From Vicugna vicugna (lineage: Eukaryota): a stretch of DNA of 64,000 nt. The DNA lies in assembly GCA_013265495.1 (NCBI GenBank), contig MU058781.1:10645009-10709008 (forward strand). The letters run 5' to 3'. The notes beneath the pieces were generated by a model. It had not been told where the DNA came from. It worked only from the letters and a program-made list of their open reading frames with translations, and ran no database searches. Positions 37,775-51,229 of the stretch are shown here, in pieces (within the stretch, counting starts at the first letter, position 1; the number at the start of each line of letters is the position of its first letter). The position numbers were made by a program, and so were the translations under genes.

Positions 37775-38066
37775 TGTTAAGTGAACAAATTTTATTTCTA
37801 GAGCAGTTTTAGGTTTGCAGAAACACTGGGCAGGAATTAGAGTTTTCATATATCCCCTATCCCCACACATGCATAACGTTTTCCCCCCCACCGAAGTGGG
37901 ACATTTGTTACAATTGATAAACCTGCACTGACACACCATTATCCCCTAAAGTCCATAACTTACATTAGTTTTCACTCTTGAATTCATACATTCTAAGTGT
38001 TTTGACAAACATATAATGACATGTTTCCACCACTGTAGTTTCACACAGAGTAGTTTCAGTTCCCTT
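37775..38066 (-). mobile_element. L1MC/L1MD-type 3' end
   Basis: TAGAGCAGTTTTAGGTTTGCAG..ACATTTGTTACAATTGATAAACC..AAAGTCCATAACTTACATTAG. Confidence 0.8.
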
Positions 38067-38252
38067 GGTAAATATATATATATGTTTATTCACCCTCTGC
38101 ATTTGTGGCAGTCTTATACACTCTTTCTGCCTTTTGTAGTTTTAATTGAGAATTTTACATGATTTCATTTCCCTCCTTTCTTAATATGTCAGTTCTAAAT
38201 ACTTCTTTTTGACTTTTTTAGTGGGTTCTCTGGAGTTAGCAACATACATTTA

Positions 38253-38489
38253 CAGATGGTCCCTGACATACAATGGTACAACTTATGACTGTTTTTCGAC
38301 TTTTTAATGGTGCAAAAGTGATATGAATTCAGTATAAACTGTACTTCAAATTCTGAATTTTGATATTTTCCTGTGCTAATGATATGTGGTACAATAGCTC
38401 TCAGGCAGCCTTGTGATCAGGAGGGTAAACAACTGATACACTTACAACCATTCTGTACCTAAACAACCATTCTGTTTGTCAATTTCAGT
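38253..38489. mobile_element. Tigger5/MER47-family DNA transposon fragment
   Basis: TA then TIR CAGATGGTCCCTGACATACAATGG; GAGGGTAAACAACTGATACACTTACAACCATTCTGTACC. Confidence 0.8.
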
Positions 38490-38829
38490 CATTGTGGTGT
38501 TCATAAAATTCAGGTTATTTCTAGTTTTTTGCTCTTACAATACTGCAATGACCATTCCTGTCCAAATACCTTTATACATAAATGTGAACATTTTTTTTTT
38601 CTGAGAACAGCTCTTTAGACTTTGGTAAAGGTACCCTTAGGGTTAGATATAATGTCTCCATAGGGCATGTGAGCATAAGTATTTTAAATAGAAGCAATTA
38701 ATTTCAACTTCCACATTATTTTTTTCCTAAGGTGACCTGCCTGAGAAGGTGCTTATGGCTGAGGTGTCATGCTGTTTCTCCTTCCCCATTTCTCCTTTCA
38801 AAATCACCTTTTTTCTCATTTCACATGAA

Positions 38830-39538
38830 CATATTAGAATGAGTAAGATAGACAATACAGACATTATCAAGTGCTAATGAGAAGTGAAACAATGGGAACT
38901 CTCATAAATTGCTGGAAAAATGTGAAACTGTATAGTCACTCTGAAAACAGTTTTGGCACTTTTTAAAATCATCAAACATATACTTGACATATGACCCAGC
39001 AATCCCACTCCTGTGTATTCATCTTAGAGAAATAAAAACACATGTTTACACAAAAACCTACAAACAGGAGTTGATAGCTGTTTTACTCATGATTGCCCCC
39101 AACTGGAAACAACCCACATGTCCTCTAATGGATGAATGGGTCAACAACTGTGGTACATTCAAAGAGTCAAATACCACTCAGCAACAAAAAAGAATGATCT
39201 TATGTAGATCTCAAAGGCATTATGCTAAGTGAAAAAATACTCAAAATGTTACATATTATAAGAATCCATTTATATAACATTATGCAAAATACAAATACGT
39301 AGTTTGGAGACCAGATCACTATTTGCCAAAGGCGAGGTAAGGTGTGGGAGAGTGTGACTACAAGGCATCAAGGTAACACAAAGATGCTTTTGAGGCGGAA
39401 GAGGCTGATTGTTCTGTTTCCTCACTATCATGGTGTTTACATGACATGGTGTTCAAGTTCACAGAGCTGTAGGCACAGATAAGTAAATGTTTCTATATGT
39501 TAATTTAAAGCAAAATAAAAAATAAAATAGAATAAAAA
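38830..39538 (+). mobile_element. Old L1 (L1MD/L1ME-like) 3' fragment
   Basis: ORF 38984..39232 YDPAIPLL..NWKQPTCP..EW is the L1 ORF2p C-terminus; A-rich tail. Confidence 0.85.
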
Positions 39539-40157
39539 CCTGTATATTCATTCAGAATCTCACCATGGAATACTGCTCCAAAATATAAAAGTTCCTTGAG
39601 TACCAAAAGGACGGTTTGAAACATCATAGTTTATTTAGAGAAAACCGACAACTCTAAAGACTGCATTACATAACTGTATGCAGGGAATGTGGTTCATAAT
39701 GCTTTACTTTTAACAAAATTGTAGCGGGATCTAATCCTTTGGTTAGTTCACTTTTGTCTAAAAAATTTTGTGATAGATCTCTGTGGCTTTTGATATGCAA
39801 TAGAGGGAACTCAAGTAATCAAGAGCAACAAGAAAATCTCTTCCATGCTCATCTGCTTATTTATGTGAACAAAGTTTCTCAGTTCTTAGATCTACGAAAA
39901 TGAAAAAGAAGAAGGGAAAAAACCCCACATAGGAAGAGAATTGTGGCTAAACCCTGGCTTAATTAGAACACCTGCTCTTGCTTGCTAGTGTCTTCTTGTA
40001 TCTGTCCAAAAATTTTTTCTTGCTATCCTTCATTGTGTATATCTATTTCCTCAAAGTTATTTTCTCGGTCTTTTTGTCTACTTATATTTAAAAGTGAGAC
40101 ATTAATAAGAAGATCAGAAGTTTTGTGTATATTCATGGAGCTTAGCGGTTTTGTTGG

Positions 40158-40571
40158 TGTAATGAGTTGTATTGTATTTACACCAACATAGGTATGTGGA
40201 TGTTCTAACATCCAGTACCTCACAATGTGACGCCATTTGGAGATAGGGCCTTTAGAGAAGTAATAAAGTTAAAATGAGGTCATTAGGGTGGGATCTAACT
40301 CAATATGACTGATTTCCTTATAAAACAGGAAAAATATGGACACAGAGACACGTATAGAAGATGTGCAAAGATGCAGGACTATGCATAAGCCATGGAGAGA
40401 GATCTGGAATAGGCCCTCCCCTCACAGCCCTTAGAAGAAACCAACCCTGCCAAGACCATGAGTTCAGACCCTTGGACCCCAGAAATGTGAGACAATAGAT
40501 GTTTTTTGTTTAAACCACCCAGTTATGGTTATGTAAACTGCATTGTTATGGCAGTGCAAGAAAAAAATGCA
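40158..40571 (+). mobile_element. MaLR solo LTR (MLT1B-like)
   Basis: CCAGTACCTCACAATGTGAC..TTTGGAGATAGGGCCTTTA..GAGGTCATTAGGGTGGG..AGAAGAAACCAACCCTGCC; TG..CA termini. Confidence 0.85.
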
Positions 40572-41799
40572 AGTGGAAAATTCTACATGTTGGTATCTCT
40601 ACATGGTTCCCCTTTGCCTGGTTAGGTTGTACAAAGTACCTATAATACCTTGCTGGGAATGTATGGGCCTGGCTACCAGCATTCTGAGTGCTGACTAAGA
40701 GAAAATTGGTGGGTTCTCAGCATTTAGTGTTTTTCAACACACACCCTAACTACGGCTGGGCCTAGTGTTGGCCAAACCAGAGACTTAAAACTCCACAGTG
40801 TAAACCTCCTGCCTACTGCCAAAGTGTGGGAAGAAGTCTGGGACTTCTGCTTCTTGTGCAGATTTCAATGAACCTCTGTATTTTTATATATTCCCAACTT
40901 TATCTCATTTGCTAGGTACCTGGTATAGCTAAATCCTGAGCCTTTTAGGGGCAGGATTCTATGGTATAAATAGAGTGACTTCTTGGCTTTCCCCACTGCC
41001 ATCTTAGAATTCAGCTTCTAGAGGGCTGTTAATTCCATTATCACAAAGTGTAATGCTTCCTGTCTTCCAAAATGTGCATGCTGTTGCTCCCTCTCTCATT
41101 TTCCTTAATCTAGTAGGTTATGACTTCTTTTAAAATACATTTTTAATTAGGAGTATCAAGTTCCATTATTTCATGGGACCTCAGCTACACATTAGATAAG
41201 ATATTTGATATACTTTGGTATTTGTTTTGAGTTAGGAGATATTTTTAGGATGACTACTCAGGCATATGGCTGGAAAAGGCATATTATAACCATAATACTT
41301 GTTGATTAGAAGATATTAAATCACCTCTGTTCCAGAATCTGTTCTTTTTAAGGGGCTAGAGTTGACCTATGATAATTAAATTGATCCGGATTTGCAATCA
41401 GATGTGCTTGTTTTACTCCAATACAGGTTGGACTACTAGGTAGTAACTTACATAGACAGCCATATGGACTTACACTGATTTTGTAGACTAGTTTACACTT
41501 ACATCTTTAGTGATAGGTGGAAACTGAGTCTTGAAATATGCCTTCTATTTCAGGCTCTGCCATTTACTAGCTGTGAGCTGTTATTATATGCAATTTATCT
41601 AAAGTCTGTTTCTTCCATAAGCTATGTATATTAGTTACCAGAAAAAACTCTGTAATTCTATACTTTTAATTGAAACAATAGCCACCTAAATGCCTAAATT
41701 ATTCTTTAGTGTCATTTTCTCATTAATCTCTTCTAGCGAAAGTTCTAAAATATGAGGAAACTCAAGGATACATGTGGAGTGGTGAGATACTGGCTTAGA

Positions 41800-42800
41800 G
41801 GGAAAGTCCTGTGGTTTTTCTCTCTTTTCCTGCCTGGTAGTAAGATGGAGATGTATTTTTATCCTCTCCTTACAGTCAAGTAAGAAGGTTTAAAAGAAAG
41901 ATTGTCATCTCATTCCTGATTGTTCATCCACCTGGGAGGAGATTTCTGATCTGCCTTCTGTCCTTTTAAATAGAGGAAGAGATAAGGGGTGAGGATAAAG
42001 GGCTGAGCAGAGAAAGGAAATTCACTGCAGTGAAATTACCTGCAATTTTACAAGTTTTGAGTAGTCAGATTGAGAGATTTTCTGTGGCTAAATATACATA
42101 GAAGAAGGAAGACAGTCTTGAGCATCCCAGGGAGGTCTAGATATGTACAATCCTGTATTTTATAAAACCTGGGCAAAAAGGGTTTCCCAGAAGTAGGTAG
42201 CTGTAGAATACCTGGCCAGAAAATGTAGCTGAGGAGGTACTGATGAATGTCAAAATGAAGAGTTTCCTTAAAAACTCATCACAGATCCAGCCTATGAGAT
42301 GAACCATGAGATGGGTCACAGGCCCAAAGAAATGGTCAGGCTCTGAATCCTTGTGACATAGGTCCCAGCACATGACTGGAGTCTGAATACCTGTGACATA
42401 GGCCCAGAGATGAGCAACTGAAAAAGACAATCACAGTAATTGCTAATAAAACAATATTTTATGCCTTTATTTCATTTTGCTCATTTCCTCCAGCAACATA
42501 AGAGAAAGGGACACAGAAAAGAGAAAGAAGAGGAGTGATGGAACAGGCCACAAGTATTCCCCTACTCCTAGTTGTCAGCCAAAATTTTACTGGCAGGAAT
42601 GGAAAGGGGAAAGTGAGTGTTAATTAGATCTGAGATTAAGAAGTCAAGTAGATTGAAATAACTTTTTCAACTGCTGAGAAAGTTGAAGAGCCAGGGTGGT
42701 TGGCTGAGATGTCTTAAGGTCAATTAGGTAGAACTTTTACAAGCATAGTTGAAAACAGTGATGTGGAAAAAATTAAAACATTTCATTTTAGTATCTAGTT
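41800..42800 (+). mobile_element. Possible ancient Gypsy-like LTR (MamGypLTR-like)
   Basis: Purine-rich block with repeated TGTGACATAGG(T)CCCAG and 3' GGCTGAGATGTC..AATTAAAACATT; weak resemblance only. Confidence 0.3.
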
Positions 42801-42849
42801 ATACAGATTTTTTAAATACTGCATTATTGTGGGTTTTAAAAACATTTTG

Positions 42850-43258
42850 GGGGGTTCTTTATTCCTTCCTGAGAATCGGAGTTTCCATCTGGCCTCCTTT
42901 TCCTTAAATCTAAAAAACTTCCTTTAGAATTTCATGTAGTGCAAATCTCGTGGTAACAAATTCTTGTGGTTTTCTTTTATATGAAAGTGTCCTTGTTTTT
43001 TGTCTTCATTCTTTAGAGATGTTCTCACTCTAAAGATGGCATTCTACTAGCTTCAGGGCTCCACCGTTTTAAGAATAAATCAGAGCTCTTTTGAATCTTT
43101 GCTTTCCGTTCTGTAACGTTCTCTGGAATCTTTCCAGATTTCCCCTCTATCTTTAGAGTTTAGCAGTCGACAGAGCTTGCCGGGATATTGTTTTCTTTGT
43201 ATTGATCCTGCTTGGGCTTTGCTGAACTCCTTGAATGTTTAAATTTATGTCTTTCAAC
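42850..43258 (-). mobile_element. Ancient L1M ORF1-region remnant
   Basis: AACTTCCTTTAGAATTTCATGTAGTGCAAATCTCGTGGTAACAAATTC..ATCCTGCTTGGGCTTTGCTGAACTCCTTGAAT. Confidence 0.7.
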
Positions 43259-43271
43259 ATACCAATACCAA

Positions 43272-43515
43272 CAACATCAATACACTGTCCTGCCAAGCAC
43301 TGCCTGCCCACTACTGGGTTTTAAATATTTACTCTTTGGGTTACTATTAAAAATATCTGTGAGAGAATTGGACCAATGAAAGTTACCTGGCCATTTCTTA
43401 AAGAAGGATACTTTATTGATTTTTACATGCTATCGATATTGTAATATAATATCAAAGAACAAATATTTAAAACTCAATGCTGGGCAATGCTGGATAGGTT
43501 AGTGTATTGGTATTG
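43272..43515. mobile_element. MITE-like element with ~65-bp imperfect terminal inverted repeats (family unassigned)
   Basis: 43272-43338 pairs with the reverse complement of 43453-43515 (CAATACACT..GCA(C/T)TGCC..GTTTTAAATATTT..TCTTTG). Confidence 0.6.
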
Positions 43516-43554
43516 TGCCTAATAAAGATTATTTCAAAACCCTCCTTTCAAAAT

Positions 43555-43800
43555 AATGACAATAATAATGACAGTTAATTCCCATTGTGTACTTTGATTT
43601 GTCGGGTAGTGTTCTAAATGCTTTATATGTATCGATTTATCGAATCCACAAATAAGATCACAAATAGGCATATACTATTATTGACTCAATTTTAGAGATG
43701 AGAAAACTGAAGTATAGAGAGCCCAGGCCCAAGATCACTGGGTAGGAGAGAAGCAGAAATTTACACTCAGGTAGGCTGTATTGACAGGGTCTGTATTTAA
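43555..43800 (-). mobile_element. MIR SINE
   Basis: GTTCTAAATGCTTTATATGTAT..ATTTTAGAGATGAGAAAACTGAAG..GCCCAAGATCAC. Confidence 0.75.
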
Positions 43801-46549
43801 CTGACAGCTTACGCTGCCCTGATATTTTCCTAGCAGGTGATTAAACATCTAATCTCAGTAAAAGGAAGTTTAACTCACATTGTTTCCAGCACAATTTGAC
43901 AATTTAAAGATCCCCCTCCTTAAGTTCACTGAAGACACTAATTTGAGACAAAGAGAATTGGGAAATACAGGCTCTGTGCATGTCCCTGTATTTCCCTGAT
44001 GGTGGGATAAAGGGCTTGTCAACAGTTAAAAAGAAAATCAGAAAGTTTTTAAAGATCACTTCTACCATCATGATCTTACTTTACATGAACATTAATTAGT
44101 TCACTAGTTTTTTCCCTTAAACCAAAAGAAGAATTGTTTAAACCTCAACAAATCTTGTTGTAAAAGAGCTGTTATAGACAGAATGTTCCTGGTAGTTTTG
44201 TAGTGTGTAGTGGTGGGCAGGAAACAAGTTTAGAACAAAATTAGAAAGATGAATTGCCGCTGATGTAAAGTGAATGTACACCTTAAATGATAACAAAAAA
44301 GTAGCCTACTTCGCACTACTTTGAAATACTTCGAGATTTATACTCGTAGCAACTTGGGAAAGGGCTTACTTTAGAATCATAGAGCTACAAGGGAATTTGA
44401 ACATCACTAGATTTGATTTTAGAGATGAGGAAATTTTGGTCAAAGTCGCATTAAGGATTAATTAATCTAGTCAACAAACATTGGCTAAGGTTCAATTATG
44501 GGCCAGACACATATAATCATGTATGTTAGACTGTGAATACATGGAAAAAGTAAAAGATGAATTCAGAGAATAACACAGAGATAAGCTGAGAATTCAGATC
44601 TGTGGGTGTCTAGTCCAAGGCTTTCTCCAGAATGAAAGTGGCTAAGCTAAACAAATGGGTATCCAAAGCTTTCCACACAATGCTATCGGATAGGATTTGA
44701 TTTGCTTTTACCATCTCAGTCAAACATTAGTATTACCTTTCGAAAACAACACAGGAAAGGGCAATGACTTGGCTTTTAGTGAATACTTCTAGGGTTTCAA
44801 ATATCCTTGATTCAGGAAAAAAAGCAGTTATTTCCTCCCATGTAATCATTTCTTATCATTTCCATTAATTCTGGGGGTTTGTATTATTAAGTTTCAGAAA
44901 ACTGCTTAAGATGCTAATTGTTGTTTTTAAAATGTTGGATAAATAGCAAATGCTCTATATATTCTACTGCACAATAAGAAATAACATTTTTTTCCACAGA
45001 CCAAATGGAAGCTATTAATTTGAATTAAATGATCAAACCACAAAAGGAAACAGAGTTAACTGCAAAGTGTGTTTCCAACACCATTTGAAAGCTAACACAA
45101 GTTCAAAAGACCAACTTCAACCCTGATAATGTTCCTAAGTACTCCATTCCCCAAATAAATACACAAAGTTACTGAAATCAAAATAATTATGAATGCTGAA
45201 ACTTTTTAATGTAAGGATATTGATTTCTTAATAAATTAATAAATGATTAATACTAAAATATATTTTAGTGATACTCTCCAATAGAACCTAAGATTATTTC
45301 TTTATTCTGTTATAGTTTATGGCTATGACCAAGGAAGGGAACTAACATTTTTCTCAATGTTGATATAATGTTGAGACCAACATGGAGTGAACTTTTACTA
45401 TAGAAAAAGCTACAGAAAGTCATATTGTACTCTCTACTCCCTAAAACATGAATATGAGTTTTATTTCATTCCAACAGTAGCTTAGCTCATATTTATTTAT
45501 TTCTACTTGTAAAATATAGGGCAAGGTGCTGTGCAGGATAAATTGTTGCCTCAAATATAAGTATTTCTTTCAAGATATTTAGAGATTATTAGCAAAAGTA
45601 GAAAATATATGTAAATTAAGATAGGAGCATACTTGGGACCCCATTACTATGTAGACAGCAAAAAATCAATGGTAACAACTATGTTATAATTATACTAACA
45701 TAACTATGTTATGTTATAACTGCCAGGGGCTATCAGTTACTGAGTACAGAATGGGCTTCCTCATTGCTGCTGAAGGGAAAAGGATGTTTTTACTTTTTTT
45801 AGGGGAAAAGAAATTGTTACTATTAAAAAAAAAAAGAGGAAACCTTTGTAGGGGAGTAAATTTGAGACAGAATGTAGCGAAACCTACTTGACAACAATAC
45901 ATTCAGGTAAGTAAGAGGGCATCCAACCTCCGCTGCCAAGGGCTGGTAATTCTTGAGAATAACCATGGGTCGACTCTACGATAGGTCTGAGGGAAGCCTC
46001 CAATGGTCTTTATTAAAACTCAGCATGTGATAATGGAAAAAGACTGGCCTCAATGAAGAGCTTACTCAATGCTCAAGAATTACTCTGAGCTCTTCGTTAA
46101 AAATTCTCTAGAAGGATTTCTTCTTTAGTACTGAAATATTCTTGATTGGACAGAGTATTCTATCTTTTGAATGATTTTTCTTCACTTTGGTGAAGGTATG
46201 CATGTTAGTGAGGTAAGAACAGGGAATAGACTCTTGATTGAATAAGGATTCCAGAATATCTCAAAGCAAGTCCAATATGGCTTGCTCTCAGTTAGCAGCT
46301 TTCTTGAGTTTGAGAAAGCTAGCATCTTCACTGCCCCAAACAGAGAAAACAACAAAAACAAAAACAAAAAAAACCCACATGTCCCTTGGCATTCTAGAAA
46401 CTGACCAAATTAAAGATAGAAACCAGAAGTTTCAACACACTACTCCATCTACCATTCTTGCTCTAGACATTCCCCTCAGGATCAAAGTCTCTAGAAAGCC
46501 CTCCAGACCAGATCAGAAACAGAATCTGGAACTCATTTATTACTTTATC

Positions 46550-46925
46550 TCTTCTTTTATTTATTCTTCTATTCTACAAGCACTTACTGGGCAGCAATTC
46601 CCAGAGAAAGTGGCCCTTAAGCTGATATTGAAGAATGTGCAAAAGACATCTGGCTTTTGTGGTGAAGAATTTCATACAGGATATGGTCACATGAAAGGCA
46701 GGGAATCTGATATGTCTTGAACCATAGCAATGCTGTATGTGAATGTGTGTGTGTGGCAGGGAGCGGGGAGGGTATGTATTGATTACCAGCAACACCAGGC
46801 TGTTAGGAGCCGTACTTCTATATTAGAGGTTGGGCTTTCTCTTGAAAATTAGAGACTCATTGAAAGATGTTAATGAGAGAGAGGCAGGAACAATCTTCCA
46901 TTTTAGAAAGAATTCCTCTAGAAAA
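46550..46925 (-). mobile_element. L2 remnant
   Basis: ACAAGCACTTACTGGGC, TTCCCAGAGAAAGTGGCCCTTAAGCTGA, CATTGAAAGATGTTAA, CATTTTAGAAAG. Confidence 0.55.
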
Positions 46926-48174
46926 GGCTGAACAATAATTGGTACTGAATAAATAATCTTTGAATGAATTAATGAATGATGAGGGCCATAATTAATTCAA
47001 TGACAAATGGACAATCATAGAGATAACAAAATAGTACATTCTTTAAAACTTGAAAAATCATTGAAGTGTGGTCTGAAAAAATGAGAGAAATCAAGTATGT
47101 CTATGTGAAGAAAAGAAAAAAGAAACTCTGGGCTTCCTGTTTAGTGCTTTTTAATCACATTCATCCACATGGACAGGACTTTTTTTTGAATATACAAATG
47201 TTGATGCTATCTATCCATAAATGACATTTATTGAAGCTACAGGGGGATCTTGGGTACTATAGGGCCTATTTAATTTAGCCTAGATAGATCTTCTGCAACA
47301 TCTTAGACGAATTTATTTAAATCATGTCCTCAAAGTTTCTAGCAAAATTGGCATATTGTCCCAGCAAAAACAGCTGCTTTAATTCAAACAGTTCATATAA
47401 AAAGCAGCAACATAAACTTAGTAATAGCATTTAAAAAAAAAAAAGCCACAAACAACTCACAAATGGTAAACAAGGCTCTTTGTCTATTTTTAACATTTGT
47501 TTTAATATCAATGGCAACACATTTTTTAAACAAAAAAATATTCTTTTTTCCCTAAGTTATTTTCAAATGCAAATCTCTAAAAACACTGAGGCAAGCCTTC
47601 AGAATCTTTCAACTTAATAAACTCCAGCTGCCTTAAAAAAAAAAAGTGATTTAATCTTACACTATTTGCTTGAAACTCTGCTGATTTTAAGATGGAATTG
47701 AGTTGGTCCAGAGTCACATTACAAAAGAAGAATCATATTACAAAAGAAAATCTCTAAGAGAATGTTGGGAAAGGGAGATGAACTGTTTAAAATTATTTTT
47801 TAGTTCATTTGGAGGACAGCCATATAGACTTTGAAACTGTCATAGCATTAAACTCTGAACAAGTAATCTCACAGTATATTTGAAAATCTGAAAAAAAGAA
47901 ATCCTACTGTAATCAAATTTTTAGTTTTGGAGATGGGAATGGAATATGTTTAGTTATTTATCAAACTGTTTTTTAAACATTTTACCCAGAGATAGCAAAT
48001 GTTGTATTCCTATATTTCATATGGCCAGCTTTTATCTAGTGTAGTGGAAAATGCTAAGCATGTATATTGAGAAATTTCAACCAACATTTGGTTAGATAGA
48101 AATTTATTGCTCACTGATAGATTATCAGGCCCCTCAATCATCTTCCTTCTTCATCTTGTTATTTTTTTTGCATT

Positions 48175-48635
48175 GTTTAAAACTTTTTATTTTGAAATCA
48201 TTTTAGAATTCAGAAAAATTGCAAAAATAGTACAATTAGATCTTGTACATCCTTTAATCTATTTCACCTTATGTTAAAATCTTATATAACCATATCAAAT
48301 TGTTAAGAAAAGGAAATTAATGCTAATATAACGTATTTAACTAATTATAAATATTATTCAAATTTCACTAATTTTCCCCTAATGTCCTTTTTCTGTTCCC
48401 GTATCCCATATTGTATTTAGTTGTAAACATCATCAGCAGTGTATGTAGACATCATGTATCCCTTGATAAGATGTACGGCAAAGGACACCATTATCATTTT
48501 TGTGCTCTTTTTTTGAGAAAACTGCATAAGCTCAGACCAATCAGAAGAAAATATCCATCTTACCTAAATTGAGGGACATTTGAAAAAATAACTTGTCAAG
48601 TCCTCTCCCAAGGAATCAAGGTCATGAAATACAGA
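48175..48635. mobile_element. L1MC4/L1MC5-like element with inverted 5' segment
   Basis: 48175-48424 is the antisense 3' end (..CTAATGTCCTTTTTCTGTTCC..GTATTTAGTTG); 48425-48635 is the upstream 3'UTR segment in sense (AAATTGAGGGACATT..AAAATAACT..TCAAGGTCATGAAA). Confidence 0.7.
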
Positions 48636-48689
48636 CTTTTATGCCAGTTGCTTTACAACATTATATCTCCTAACTTCGATAAAAGTCTT

Positions 48690-48840
48690 TGCGTTGTAAC
48701 TGTCTTCTGCATTTCAGTTTGAAAACCTGAGGTCAAAAGAGGTTAATTTCATTCCTGGACTACAAAGCTAGTAACAGGTAAAGCCACAATTAGCATCCAG
48801 GTCTATAAGAGTCCAAAGCCACTGACTTTTAAATTCTATC
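48690..48840 (-). mobile_element. MIR fragment
   Basis: CATTTCAGTTTGAAAACCTGAGGTCAAAAGAGGTTAA..AAAGCTAGTAA..CCAGGTCT..GTCCAAAGCC. Confidence 0.65.
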
Positions 48841-49450
48841 AAGCTATCAATTTAATCTAGCAAGCTATTCTTTGAGATAACGTTTAATCAAAATTCTATT
48901 TAAATAAAAAGAAAACTACACATCCAACTTTATACTATTAAAGTTTTATTTTTCAGTGGTTCTAATTAATTTGGGGAAGTTGTCTATTTGCCTGGTAGGT
49001 GTGAATAAACAAATGTATTTCAACAGCCAGTCTTGAAGGAAACTAACCAGTTTTCAGGTTTATAAATTTTCCAGCTTCCTTAGCTGAAATGATGACCAAT
49101 CCTTTGCTACTAAATTTTTCTGTTGTACAAATTCCATTGATGCAACTACTTGATATCAGCTACTAATCTGCTTGGGGACAGGCTGACCAATTGCCAATAT
49201 CACTGAAGCCCTGGCATTCTTTTGCCTAAGACGTGTTGTGTTCTTGAATTCAAACAAATTCTTCTGCTGCATCATTATGAAGTTTTAGCCACAGTGAATT
49301 GCCTTAAACACTTTAAACATTCTAAAAATAATCTAAATTTTAGATTAGAAAGAAAAACTAGAAACAAAAGTATTTACAACAAATTTTTATTCCTAAATTA
49401 AACCATCATTCATTTACCCTAATCCAGTGTTAGATTCATGATCATATTTT

Positions 49451-50210
49451 TTTTTTGACTAACTAACTTTACCTTTTAGAGTAGTTTTAGGTTCACAGCA
49501 AAATTGAGCAGAATGTATAGAGATTTCCCCCATACATGCAAACCTCCCCAACTATGGCCATCCCATACCACAGTGGTACATTTGCTACAATCAATGAGTC
49601 TACAATGACACATCATTATCACCTAAAGTCATACTTTACATTAAGGTTCTTTCTTGATGTTATACATTCTATGAGTTTGAACCAATGCATAATGAAATAT
49701 ATCCACCACTATAGTACAGTGCAGAAGAGGTTCACTGTCTAAAAATCCTCTGTGTTACGCCTATTCATTCCTCCCCTAACCACTAATGACCACTAATGTT
49801 TTTACTGTCTCTGCAGTTTTGCCCTTCAGAATGAAATATAGTTGGAATTATACAGTATGTAGCTTTTTCAGGTTGACTTCTTTCACTTAGTAATATACAT
49901 TTAAGGTTTCTTCATGTCTTTTTGTGGCTTAATCGCTCATTTCTTTTTAGCACTGAATAATAGTGTATTGTCTGGATGTACCACAGTTTATTTATCCATT
50001 CTTCTACTGTAGGACATCTTAGTTATTTCTAAGTTTTGGCAATTATGAATAATGCAGCTATAAATGTCAGCATGCAGGCTTTTGTGTGGACATTAAGTTT
50101 TCAATTCACTTTAGGTAAGCACCAAGGAGCACTATTCCTAGATCATACGTTAAGAGCATGTTTAGTTTTGTAAGACATTGCTAACGTGTCTTCCAAGGTA
50201 GTTGTACTCC
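49451..50210 (-). mobile_element. L1MC1/L1MC2-like 3' fragment with TSD
   Basis: TTTTAGAGTAGTTTTAGGTTCACAGCAAAATTGAGCAGAA..; TSD CATGATCATATTTT (49437-49450)/CATGATCGGATTTT (50211-50224). Confidence 0.9.
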
Positions 50211-50309
50211 CATGATCGGATTTTAAAATATACAAAAGCTCCCTATGATAATCATTTTCTCATTTTTAAGATAATCCAAAAACTCACTATAAATGTATGG
50301 GTTGTTTTC

Positions 50310-50435
50310 ATTTAAAACACATAAATACTCAGCTCCAGTTGGATCAGAATCTTTGAAGGGTGACATCCAGGTGCTGACAGATGTATTAGAAGTTCCTTGA
50401 TTCTATTCGGCAGCCAGGAGTGAGAATCTTCGCTG
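50310..50435. mobile_element. MER5-type hAT-Charlie fragment
   Basis: ATCAGAATCT..TGATTCTA..GCAGCCAGGAGTGAGAATC. Confidence 0.5.
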
Positions 50436-51229
50436 TGAATCATCCCACAGCATGGCATGAATGCAGCACTGCCGTTGTATTTGTATTTATACTTCTATTT
50501 GTGACAAATGATCTATGAACATGATGATATTTAACTTTTCGTGCACTGGTAAATGTAATTGGCTGTCATTAGGCTGCTCTGTTCTGTTATAAAAATGACG
50601 ATTGTATAAATACAGCCATTTACTTATGTTGAGTTACTTTTCCAGTTGCAGAAATGAAACTTCTTTTGAGTTAGTCATTCACAACTTAGAAAAAAAAGTT
50701 TTCATGGAAACAACACTGTAGTTTAACAAATGACTTTTTAAAAAAAATTAGACTTGTAATCACAAGAACAGCAGCACAGTAAATATATTGCTCTTTAATC
50801 GTTCCTGGCAACTGAGAAAGAAACAGAGAAAGATTTAATATGAAAATGAAGAAATTTTGCCAAGTGAAGTCCAAATGACCTTATGAACATGTTGTACCAA
50901 TAATATTTCATAATATATGAAAGTGGAGGAGTATTGAATCATTGAACATTTCATGGTTAAACAGGCACCTCTATCTCAAAAGATCCTGTTTGTTAGCAGT
51001 TATTAGTTCTATTGAATGTAACCCATCTATGTACTAACTTGTTAGTGTCTGTTACTAGTGAGTGCAAAAGTATGCAAGAAAAACCCTAGCAGGGATAGTA
51101 GAGCGTGTTCTTTCCTGAAACATCAGGAATTCTCTGATGACTGACTTTAGCTCATAGAATCTCCAATGGCTTCGAAAACACTTCCTTCACCTCCCAGCAA
51201 ACTAGAACTTCCATTCTTCCTTCAAACTT

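Noticed and set aside
46238..46720. Longest ORF (160 aa) as a gene
   Set aside because: Non-ATG start, low-complexity A-rich segment, runs into an L2 remnant, no recognisable domain.
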